Shown piece by piece: positions 27,001-39,000 of a stretch of 64,000 nucleotides of DNA. The translations under genes were made by a program, and so were the position numbers. Numbering within the stretch: the stretch's first letter is position 1; each line of letters begins with the position of its first letter. Source of the DNA: Candidatus Omnitrophota bacterium (GTDB lineage: Bacteria > Omnitrophota > Gorgyraeia > Gygaellales > Profunditerraquicolaceae); assembly GCA_026387455.1 (NCBI GenBank), contig JAPLLR010000046.1, positions 68,921-132,920 of the forward strand, written 5' to 3'. Below the pieces are notes generated by a model. It saw nothing but the letters and a program-made list of their open reading frames with translations. It had not been told where the DNA came from and did not search any database.

Positions 27001-30000
27001 ATGAAACAAGGCATGCTGATATAATGGCCCTGGGTGGGATGTTCTTTCAGATATTCGGTTCCCTAAGAAGATGGATGCCTCTTGCTTATAAGCTGAATTG
27101 CCCCACAGGGGGTCCGTCCTCTAGCGAGCTCCTGAGAACTCACCTTCCGTACATGCCCGTATATTTGCAGGAGGCGGTAGAAAAAGCATTTACAAGGAAA
27201 TTTACTACTGCTGAAGACGTCGCATTGTGTTTGGAGTCAGCATTGAAAGAGTTAGAGGGGAACACTGGGATAATCAATGATTATTTGGGGATGGATAGCC
27301 CCGGAAGCTTAGTCAGGAGCTTCTTAGGCATAAGCGAAGGAAGTGTGAGTAGAAGGGGTGTGCCCCGCACAAGAGATCATTCTAAGCCGCGCGATGGCTT
27401 CACCAGCGATGATGTCGTAGAAGAGGCCATGGAAATAATCAGTTCTAGAAGGATCCGGACCTTTGAAACTATCGGATTGGACAGCCCGCTGGTAAACGAG
27501 GTATTAAGTTACTATACATTGACCGCGCAAATTGAGAAAGCAGCCAGATTAAGACAACTTGCAAAGGCAGGCCGTATTTGCGCCGGGCCTATGCGCACCG
27601 CCTATGGAGCAAACCTTCCGGGATGCATATTTATCGCTACCAATGACAATCCTAACTCCGCTGCAACCTTAGTCCACGAAACCAATAACGGGAATCATCA
27701 GGAAAACCTCAATGCTGAAAAAGAGTTTATGCTTTATCGCCTTTCTCAGGCTGATTTATATTCCGCCATTCAAGATTTAATCGCACAGCAAGTTTCAGCT
27801 GGTATAGTGCATGATTTCTCCAAGACCGCTTCTTATGACCGGATGGTTAGAGGCATATATAGAGTCCAGGTGAATCCAGCCAGGGCCATAGCCAAGAGGC
27901 CAGAATTGAACCAGAAAGCGTGTTTCTTGTGCCGGGAGAATATGCCTGCGGAAGAAATAGGTATAGAGGTGGATAGGGATTGGAAGATTTATAGCAATCC
28001 CAGGCCTTATGAGAAGAACCACTTTGTATTAGTTAAGAAAGAAAGAGGAAGTTATCATCCCTATCAGGAAATTTCTAAATTATCCGATATCGCCACTGCG
28101 TTAGAAACTATTTATAGATTAGGCATAGTACATAACAGAAGAGATTATAGCCTTATTTTTAACAGTCCCCATGCCGGAGCCAGCTCAGAACATTTCCACT
28201 TCCAAGGATTTGAATATCGCCTACCTATAACAGAGCTTAATGTCGAATATCTAAGAACAGATTCCACACTCAGGCTAGGCAGAGTTTTTGACCCAACTTA
28301 TCCTGCTTCTTGTTATGTGATTGAAGGGCAGAACAAGCATGATGTGGCAAATCATCTCTGGAGGTTAATAAAGTTAATTTACCAATTTAAGTTCGGTTAT
28401 AATCTGCTTTTTACGGTTGATAAAGATTCAGATATGTTGCGGGTTTTTGTTATCTTGAGGAAGGCGGAGAGATCCTCGATCTCTACGACAGGGGCATTGT
28501 CCAATGCTACTGCTGATATTTGCGTGGTTTCTGGCATGGCCATAGTTCATGAAGACAAGCAGGCAGAGAATATAACCGAGCAGGATTTTAGGGAAGAGAT
28601 CGTAGAGACTGTGGCCTACTCTAAAGAAATAGAGCGACTTTGGTTGAGATCTTCTTCTAACACCGGCATTTCCTTGCATGCTTTCGTCTTACCTTTCAGC
28701 GTTGAGCTAACTGCGCTCGTTTTATCCGCCATTCTGATCTATTTTGTCATTCGCTATTTAAGGCAGCAGATCACTAGCAGCGGAGTTTTTATTTTTGTTA
28801 AAGAGAAAGTGCTTTCAATTTCCGTGGCTGGCTGCCGAGCGCAAGCGAAGGCGTCCCTGAAGAGCGATAGCGTTGCGAGCGAAAACGAGCAAAGGGATGG
28901 GGATCAAGCCGCCGCAGCGGCCGCTTCAAAACAGCTCGCTTTCCAGAACAATCCAGACGTGGATGAGCTAAGGCCGTGTCTTTCATTTACCTGGCAGCAC
29001 TATTTTGGCAATATCTGTAACGGTATACAATTGCCGGATGCGGTCATAAAAGGAGAGTGCGATAAGAAGATGATCCGGGAAGTGCTGGAAGATACTATTT
29101 CATCTGCCAACAGCGGAATAGAGAAGATTAAAATACTTTTAGGAGATGAAGTTTCAGTCTGTCTTGATTCAAATAAGTCGCCATATTGTATCTGGTTAGG
29201 AGATGAGGGAAATTGCGGGCGCCACGGCAAGGAGAATGTTGATCCTGAAACGTGGTTTTGCTTAAAATTAAGCTCTTTCAGCAGCTTTGAATTGGAAATG
29301 GTGGAGAGCATATTTACCCTCATAAAGAAGCACGCAGAGGCGTTTCTGGGGCAGGGAGAAAAGATTGAGGGATTGCAGGTCTTAGACACATTTATAAAAG
29401 CGCTGATCAAGCATTATCGTGACATAGCCGAACGCCTGGGTTCCAAAGGGCCAGGTACAGATTATTTATCTCCGGATGACGCCTCAACCCGAAGCGGTAA
29501 TCCGCTTTCTGCTTTAGCTAGGATCAGGTTGGCGTACTACAGGCTTATTTTAAGATCCCGATATGATTCTTTTGATCAGATAGAGGATATTGACAGCTTT
29601 ATAAAAGATAATATTATGCCTGGGCTTAAGAGGGCTGTCGGGGATGGTAATGCCCAGCTTTTAAAGAGCTATGTGGATTCCGGGCATATCCGCGCCGGGC
29701 CAAGAAAGCTTTTTGATAAGCTCCAGATTCATGCCTTCAACCACAACGGTTGGATCATCTTTGATCCTTCCCTCCTCGATAATGAGAAACAGCTTATTAA
29801 AGTTCTGGCCCATGAAATAGGCGCTGTTTTCGGTCTGGATCATGCAACAAACAACATTATAGGTAAGATTGTAGCCCAGGAAGCGCTTACCCCGGAAGAG
29901 CAAAAAGTCCTCAAACAAGTCTCCGTGAGAATTAGTGGGATTATGAGAGAGCGTAGATGCGGAAATTCCGTTGATCCGGCCGCAGATAATGATTCCGGAA

Positions 30001-33000
30001 AAGTTGACCCGGCGATGCGGTCATTCCTGCATACCGCATCTGGACGTTCTTATAATATTCCTCTACCATTCCCGACATTGGAAGGCCAGGCTTATTCCAG
30101 AAGAGGAATTGAAGAACCGGAGTGGCTGGAATCTTTCCTGGGAGTGCAGACAATATTGAGGTTAGTGGATACAGAAAGCAGCCTTATCGAGCAGCAAGTT
30201 TTCTTGGATGCAGCTAGGAGTAGATTCTCTGATTACGGTTTGATTTCCCGCGATGATAAGTTGATACGTATGCTCAACGGCCTAAGGCATAGGGGACTGG
30301 TATTAAATGTCTCGGGAAATAAGGATTTTATCGCCGAGGCTAGCGGTATTATCGGCGTGAGCCTTAATCCGCGCATCCTGGCAGTGTGGGCGGATGACCT
30401 GGATTATATTCAGGATGAGTTGGAGAGAGCGATTGAAAGAGGAAAGAGCGCGTTCTTTACCACTATAGATGATTACGCCAATATAGTCGAACTATGGAAG
30501 CGCTATCCGGTAGAGGCGAAGTATCCGGTTTTAAGGGCAGTAGCGATGTTAAGCCAAGAGCAGCATGAACAAATCGTCACCTGGTTGGTTAACCGTACCA
30601 AATGGAAGAGGTTTCCTTTAGTAGATTCCATTCTTCTTATGCTGGATATCAATGAAGTAAAGAGCGGCTGGCTGAATTATCAGGCCCTACATACGGTAAA
30701 GCGCAGTCTTTATTTCATCGCCGCGGAGATTTCACTCTTAGCCGGAGGTTTGGGCCGCGTTATGCAGTATCACGGCAGAGGGATGAAGCGTCTGGGTGCG
30801 GATGTCGTCTGTGTTGAGCCGTATTACCGCTATACGCGCGACAAATTTGGCTTCCGCCAGGATCTTGATTACAGGAAGCTTCCCTTCCCGGTTAAAAACC
30901 TGGAAAAACTGGAGAAAAACTTTGACACCTTTGTGGGAGGCGAAAGAGTGGAGTTTGAAGTCTGGGCTGGCTATATCCTCAAGAATGTGCGCACTTATCT
31001 CATCCGCGATACTAAGGGAAAATTTGTGAATATTCTTTATGAATACGGGACAACCGATTCCCCCGCTTCTAACATTGAATTTACGGAATTTTTCACCAAG
31101 GCCTCCCTGGAATTGATGCGTTATCTTGAGCTGGAAAAGAAAAGGGACTTAGGCGATGAATACCTTGCTCCGGTAATCGATTGCAATGACGGCCAGGTCC
31201 TGCCCATGGCAGCTTGGAGGAGGATTTTCTATGGCGATATCGCTCGGATAATCGCTGACGAAAACACCGATAAAGAAGAGATACAGGCTACGTGGGAGAT
31301 TATGCGCGACGCGCGCTTCTGCGCAACCACGCATACCTATTTTAACCGTGTCATCATCTACGATCTTGAGTCCGGAAGAGAATTTTTGATGAAAGCCGGC
31401 GTACCTGAAGAGTGGTTATGGGTATTTTTAAGAAGAGATAATGATAGATTTGTTTGGGATTTGACCTCGGGCGGCGTACGCTGCGCGGATATTGCCAAGG
31501 GCGTAAGCGCCATTCAGGCTTTTGAAATGAGTGCGCGCGATCCAGGTGTTGAGCTTTTTGGCATAACTAACGGAGATAACCGTGAATATTCCGCTCAGTT
31601 CTTCAGGCAGGACCTGAAAGAGGGGGGGGTTGAGGATTTCGAATACCCTACGGCAGAAGAAGTGGCATTGGCCAAGAAGATCAGCAAGAGAATGGTCAAA
31701 GATAGAATGCCCGAACAGGAACTTGAACTTAATCCGGAGCAGTTGGTGGTTTCTTACAGCGGACGCCTTGTTCCTGAGAAAGCAGGAAGGATGCGCGCTT
31801 TTACCTCAGAGAATATCGAAGAATGGGTAAAAGCCGGCATACAGGTAGTGATTTTTGGCAATGTTCAGCCTTATGAGCAAAGCCGTAAAATAGCCATGGA
31901 ATTGCATGAGCTACAGCAGCGGCTGGCTTACGCGGGCTATCCCGGAAAATTCATCTTCCGTTCCAAGTTTAATATCAATGAGCAAAGAGCTTTGTTGGCG
32001 GCAAGTGACGTTCAGATACAGGATTCTGATCGTCACACCGGAGCCGCGGAGTTTACTGAATCGGATATCGCGGTAAATGGCGGTTTGCAGATGGGCCCGC
32101 CATTCTGGGAGGGTATTATTCAGCGTCAGGGTAATCCCATCAACAGAAAGACAAAGAGGGGCAATACCCTGGTTCCCGCAAGCGCTGATCCAAAGGATTA
32201 CCGGGATTTAATTCTCCTTTGGGTAAATGAGCAATTCAAAAACAAGGAGTTGGCGGCTTATCAGGCGCAGTCAATCAGACTTAGCCGTGTTTTAGAGGCG
32301 CCTCTTACCGCAGCTGAATATCTTAGGTTCTACGATGCCTCTTTCTATGCGCAGAAGACAAACGCACCCCGGCCTAGGCCTGCTAGCGAAATCGTCATAG
32401 AGGATGTATTTTTGACCCAAGTTACTCATGATGAGATCAAAAAAGTGCAAAAGAAGGGTGATGTATTCTATTATGCGCGTAAGTCCGTCGGAGACGAAAC
32501 TACGGAAAGTACCCTTGAGGTAGATGTCACGGTAAATCTCAAACCCAATGGCGTAAGCGCTATACCGTTTGATCTTGTAAGAGTGGAGCTGGTCTCTGAG
32601 TGGGGAGTAAGGATTCCTTTATGCATAAAAGAGAATCGGGATAATCTGGCTACTTTTTATGCCTTGGTTTCTAATGATCTGGCATTTCCTTTTAAGGGAG
32701 ATGTGGAGGCGACTTCCGGATTATGGAAGGTCAAGAAGCCCATAATAATAGAGGCAAAAGAAAATAGAGGGGCACCAAGCGATAACGCGGCATTCAGCGG
32801 CGGTAAAGACGCAAGCAGTATTATCCAGTTCCATGAGAAGACAATCCAGGATATAGTTGGGGATGTCTCTTCGCGTAACCAAAGACTATTTGTGAATCTT
32901 GGCGATCTGGCCGATGCAGAAATAGATGCAGTAAAAGCCACGTTAAAAGCCCAAGGGCTGGCTCCTTTAGTAGAATATAGCATGGATGCACATTTTGTGC

Positions 33001-36000
33001 GTGGCCCTCCCAGATTGTTTCAGGAGATGGAAAGTTTAATCAAATCTCAGACTCGTTTTGATGTTTCAATAGACGCTTTTAATTTTATCGATGTTAATGA
33101 AAAGATCTGGATAGTCGTCAAGCCCGGCCTTGCCCCTTTGCGCCTGAAGCAGGTTATTGCTCACGAAATTGGCGCGATATTCGGCGTACCCCACCTTTAT
33201 AATTTTAAAGTACTTGAACAGATAGCTGTTGGCAGACAAGGCAGCCAAACTCAGTTTTGGTCTACTCTTGAGGCCATAATAGTCCTCAATTATTACCGCC
33301 TTAAGCCCGGCGAGATAATTATCCCTGTAGATAATTGCGAGTATCGGCTTATTATGCTGCCCTCTAAAAAAGCGCGCGCGATTATTCAGGCGCTTAATAA
33401 CGGATATGATCCGGAAGAAGTATTAAGGGAAATGAATGAATGTGATCGGTCGCTGCGGAATCAAACAGGAAATGGACTATCTTCCGTGGCTGGTTGCCGA
33501 GCCCCGAAAGGGGAGAAGGCGTCCCTTGCGAGCGAAAGCGAGCAAAGGGATGGGGACATTGTAGATTCATCTTGCCCCGTTGCAAAGGGAACAAAAGAGA
33601 TTCTTCCACCTTCCGTGGCTGGTGGGGAAGTTTCTCTTCTTTGCAACGGGGTTTTAGATAAGCCTGCCGCAGCGGCCGCCACTTTAAAGATTCCCAGTCC
33701 GCGTGGCTATATCCCCGACTTTGAGGAGAGGTTCATCTCGGTGATCAATAACGTTTGCAAACCGGCCGAAGCAGATATTTCCAATATTATTTCAACAGAG
33801 CAGATTGATTGGGTGGCGATTATGTCTTTGATCAGGCATAATAATCTGGTGCAGTATGAGTTTGGCCCGGATACCATTGTAGTCCACGCCTTAAATATAA
33901 AAGATGGCCAAGGGGGAGAACTCTTCGGTTTACCGCTTATCCCGGGAAGCTATCATTTTAAAGATCTCCTTCCCGCGGTGTCTTATGTTTCTGCATTAGA
34001 TAATAAGCTGCACATATTCATTACCCGCGCATTCTACGAAGATTACCTGGAGATTTCGCATATGCTGGTGGCCGACGCGCATCCTTCATACGCCCATAGA
34101 AATCTGCAGACTCTGCGCTGGGCAGAGCTTATTGACCATGAGGCCTTTGAGAATTCTCGTCGGTCGCTAGAGATACTTGCAGAAGAGCGGCATAGCCAGG
34201 CGGCACAGCGTGCCTATAACTTTGCTCTAAAGGGTAAATTGAGCCCGTATCATAAATGGGTGATTGATACCCTCGCCACCACTTCGGAAGGATGCCGTCA
34301 TCTGGAGATGATCCTGCAGGAAAGGCGGCCTGGATCCGAAGAGTCAGTGCAAAGAAAATATGAAAAGTATTTTGTCAGATACGTTAAAAACGCCATTTCC
34401 CGCAGGAAATTCTCTACTGAAACTCAAATAATGGCGCATCATCTTTTCCGTGTTTATCATCACGGAGACTGGCAGGCATTCTGTTCTTTATGCGAAGCTT
34501 GTGGTCTGGATGTTATTGAATTAAATGACAGGATAGAAAAGGTAGAGAAAGAATATGTCCTTAAGGAGATCTCGGGTTTTAGTCCGAGCAGGATTATCAC
34601 TAATAGCGGAGAGACTGATGTTGAAATAGATGAAGCTAAGGCTATCGTTAGGAAGATGCCCAAGTCTAAATATTTCAATTTTATCTGGAAGGTGGTGCAA
34701 AAGGATAGACTTGGCAAAAGCTATTTAGACATGCTTGGCGATAGACTGCGAGAAAATTATGAAACGGAGATTTTCTCTCAAGAGAAATTTATGCCTGCGG
34801 TTAGACATCTATTCGCGTTATATCAAAGGTATGGTAGTCAAGCCGGTTTGGTTGTTTCTAGTGAAAGCGAGACAGTATGCAATATTGTCTCGGACTATTT
34901 GGAGCAGTTGAATCTATTGAACAGTTATGTCAAAGCGCGGGATCGCCTTGGAGGGTTAATTGCTGAATTTACCATAATCGGTGGCGTCATCTACCAGGAA
35001 AAGATCATACCCGTTACCGAGTGTCTCGTAGAGTTATCTGAGGGCAAAGGTTATTTCAGGGGATTGCAGGATGCCTCTCTTGAACAAAAAAGCGTGATCG
35101 GCAGAAATATCCTTAAGAAATGTTTGAGCGTAATGGTAGAGTCAGCCAGGCGTGGCCTGATTATTAGCGATGGTAAGTTCACTAATTTCGGGATTATGGC
35201 TAATGGGGAGATTGTTTTATTTGACCTTGGGCCGGGCACATTTTTATCAACGGATGATCCTGAGATTGTTTTGAGTTTACTCCAGTTTGACGGCGTTAAC
35301 GGCATGAATATGTCCAGGCTGCTTAATTTGGCAAAGCTGGAAAGTAATGAGGGAGTCGTATCCACCATAAAAGATATAAAGGCGGTGGAAAGATTGGGAG
35401 AAGAATTATCCCGTGTCTGGCTGGATCTTGTTTCCGCAAGAGAAGTCAATAGCGGTGAAACACCGGAATGGGATTGGAAGAATGACGGGATAGAATTTAT
35501 GGGAAGATTGTCTCGGGCTATCGCCAGGACTCCCGAACAAAAAGCCGCTTCAGCGCAGGCGTTTAGAAGGATAACCTTTATTCCGACGGAGATGGCGATG
35601 GAGCGGATTCTGCGCGTGATTATGCAAGAGTGCGGAATTGCAGGAAGGGCGGTTTCTCGCCAGCTCTACCTGTCAGGTATAAATAAGATGATGCTAGTGT
35701 TGGGTGTTGGCATTATGCTTCTTGTTTTTGCTTATCCGGTATTGTTTGTTGCGTTAGGTCCGTTTTGCATGATCAAAAATGACGATCAATTATCGCAACC
35801 CCTTGAGCCGCAAGCGTCCCGTAAGGCAGGAAGCGTCCCCTTGTTCTCGATTGATCCGCCCGCGTCTAATCGCCTTGCTAAGATTGTCCTTGGCTATCTG
35901 GCTGCTTTCCTCGGGCTTGGTGCGTTAAGCGCACGTTCCGCCGAACCTTATCAGGATGGCCTGCCGTATATCCGCTACTTCCAGAACAATGCTCTGGTGA

Positions 36001-39000
36001 CGAATACATTCAATGGTTTTACCCGCAGTTATCAGGCCGGCGTTCCGGAAGCACATAGAACCCTTGTAGGCGAATACGGTACCTCTTCCTATGATCTTTC
36101 AATATTAGGAAGGATCCAGCTATACAATAACAACACTAATATCCTTGATACCTTTGTGAAATATTTTTCCCAGACAAATGATGTCAACAACCCTGTTTTC
36201 TACTGTGGGAATAATTACACAAACGAGGTCGGGGTGAATATCAAGGGGCTTCCCTTTAATGTCATTAGGTTGCTAGGTAGAGAAATCCCCAACTGGTGGA
36301 ATAATTGGGATTGGAATGTTGATATCGGCGCATCAGCCTGTTTGATCAATTATGCCCTTGATGCCTACAGGCAGAATGGGGACAGCCGTTATCTTAATTT
36401 TGCCATAGCTCAGGCAGATGTATTGCTTAAACTGCAGGATTCAGACGGCGGTTTTAGGTTTGCGCCGATAGGAGTCTCACACGCTGAAGGGGACAGCTTC
36501 TTCTGGAATCTTAAGGCCTTTGAGAAGAATGCCCGTATTTTAAGCGCTTTAGAGAATCTGTATGCGGTAAGTGGTCAGACAAGGTTTGATACGGCTGTAA
36601 CAAGCCTTAAGTCATGGCTTGCCTGGATGTACAATAAGGACGAACATCTATTTCACACCTCAGCGCAATTTGATGGAAGCAGCTGGGTCAGGTCTACTCT
36701 GGGAGCTACAAACGAATATTTTGCCACAGACGTCACTGCATTTGCGCCTATAGAGTGGATGTATAGCGATGCGTATTTTGGCGTAACGCAGGAAGCGCGT
36801 GATACCGAGATCGCGGCTATGTTTGAAGCAACCCGGATAAGAACAGCCTACACCAACTCCGCAGGCATGCCTTTATTCTATAAGTTTTCTGAAAGCCAGA
36901 CCGGAGATTATGGTTCCAGCGAATGGAGTTCGCAGATGGCGCTTGCCTATCTTAGGACAGCCGAGCTTTATTTGGGCCATGACCAGCAAAAATACATTTA
37001 TTATCTTAGCCGCTGGCGCCTGCTTGTTTTGAGCCTGCGGAATAACTTTTTTAAGGTCTGCACGCTTGATAGTTCGTCAAAGGTATCGCCCTATGGCTCA
37101 GATACAGATGGTGGTACCGCAGGATGGGTGCCTACGGGAACCGGATATTATACCGAGGATTATGAGGCCTCCCTTGCCAGCACGTATTATGTCTTTGCAT
37201 TGACCAGATTTGAACCTCTCCAAACCGATGGCGGGAGCGCTGATGCTATGGTTTCTCCTGTGATATCCAAGATAGAAGTTATCTCGGCTAACTTAAATAT
37301 TCGGATAACCATTCGGGATCCTGCAGGCGTATCAGGCTACAATATTTATTACAAGAATTCTTTATTTGATCCTACATGGATACGCTGTGCAGACAATCAT
37401 CCTGCTTCGGGAACAGGTGTGACCCAGTGGATAGATGATGGCACGGGTACAGGAGGGGTCCATCCGAGCCAGGTAAAGACCAGATTCTATATGGTAGAAG
37501 CAATAGATGATCTTTCTATCCAGCAGCCTGCATTAAAAGCTCAAGGGTTATCTTCGGGCTTATTCAATATCACTTCATCTCCCGCAGCTCTTTCGAGTAT
37601 GAAATCTGTATTACCAGCCATAACAACTACTAATGCGGCGGCAAATAAGAAGACAGTGCCGGCGGCCAAAAAATTATTCCTCAATGCGACCGATGCGATC
37701 AAGAAAGGCGGTACGCTGCTGCTTATCATTGGCGCCGTGGCCTTCGCCGCATTCGCGCATCCGGCATCAGTATTTGCTCTGGGAGCTATTTGTTCGATAA
37801 CCGGTGTCGCAGACAAGAAAGAGTTTGTTGTCGCTTCTGACAGGAGATTTGAATTTATTGGGGCGGATATTGAACAGGGTAAGTTTATTATCCCGGACCA
37901 AGCAAGCTCTAAGATCCTGCCGGTGATCAGTCTACTGGTGAACGGCTTTGAATATAGGGTCGGAAACGGCTACTATGTCGTCGTGACTCTAGCTAACGGT
38001 AAGAAGATCTACTGGGGAGGCCAGCATAATCTGTCACACTCATTCTTCTTCGAGCATTACCGCGATAATGCAAAAGATATCATTGATGCGGAAAAACCGT
38101 GGTGGCACGTGGATGCGCACCGCGATACCGGTTATTACGATGTGGAGATCGTGGGAAAAAAGGAAAATGTTGATTGGCAGAAGGAAGTTGGCGTAGGTCT
38201 GGGCGTATCGGAAACAGACTATCTCGGCCGCATGATCGATGAAGGCATAGTCAGGGAATTTGTCATAGCGCAATCATTGGGCGATATAAAGAATCTCGCC
38301 GCTAAAGCTCAGGAAGGCGGCATACTGGATTTAGATATTGATGTGGCAGCCGGGCCAACTCAAGCGGAATTTGTGATACTTGGGAATTTCCAGGATATGC
38401 GCCCGTATCTTATCCAGCTTGCCAGAAAAAGCGAAGTCTGCTTCTTTATTAACAGTTCGGAGCTAAGCCGCGAGTATCTTGGCTCCCCGTTTTATATAGA
38501 CCCGCATCTTTCGATTGCTTTAAATGGTTTGTTAATAGAAGATTTAGCGCGAGGCGCCGCCGAAGCCGATAAAAATAACAACAAGCCCGTGCGTACCTCT
38601 AATATGAGTGCTTTTATTGTTTCGCCTTTGTTCATATCCGGAGTTTTTGTTTTGCTTATTGTCGGATATTCTGCCTGGTATTACCGGGAGGCGATCAGTA
38701 GATTTTTTATATGCTTATTAAGAAAGGGCTTTCCGCAGGAAGAAGTTCAAAAGTCAGGCAAGATACTATCAAAAACAAAGAGGTTGGCGCGGGTTCTTCC
38801 TAAGCCGTGGAAAGGTATTGAGATTAAGGAGGCCCAGCCTCTAAAGGAAGTCAACAAGCGCGTTTGCGCCATTGGCGATGTGCACGCGGATATCGAGGCG
38901 CTGCAAGAACATGTTGATGGCCTGCGTTTTGGCGAGAAAGCAGAGGAGATATTAGTGGTGTGCGGGGATATGGTGGATAAGGGTGGGAAATCTTTAGAAA

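Noticed and set aside
35150-35240. Possible seventh kinase-like catalytic segment GLIISDGKFTNFGIMANGEIVLFDLGPG
   Set aside because: Only a D..N...DLG-like pattern is present, with no Gly-rich loop or APE motif nearby. It was too weak to call.
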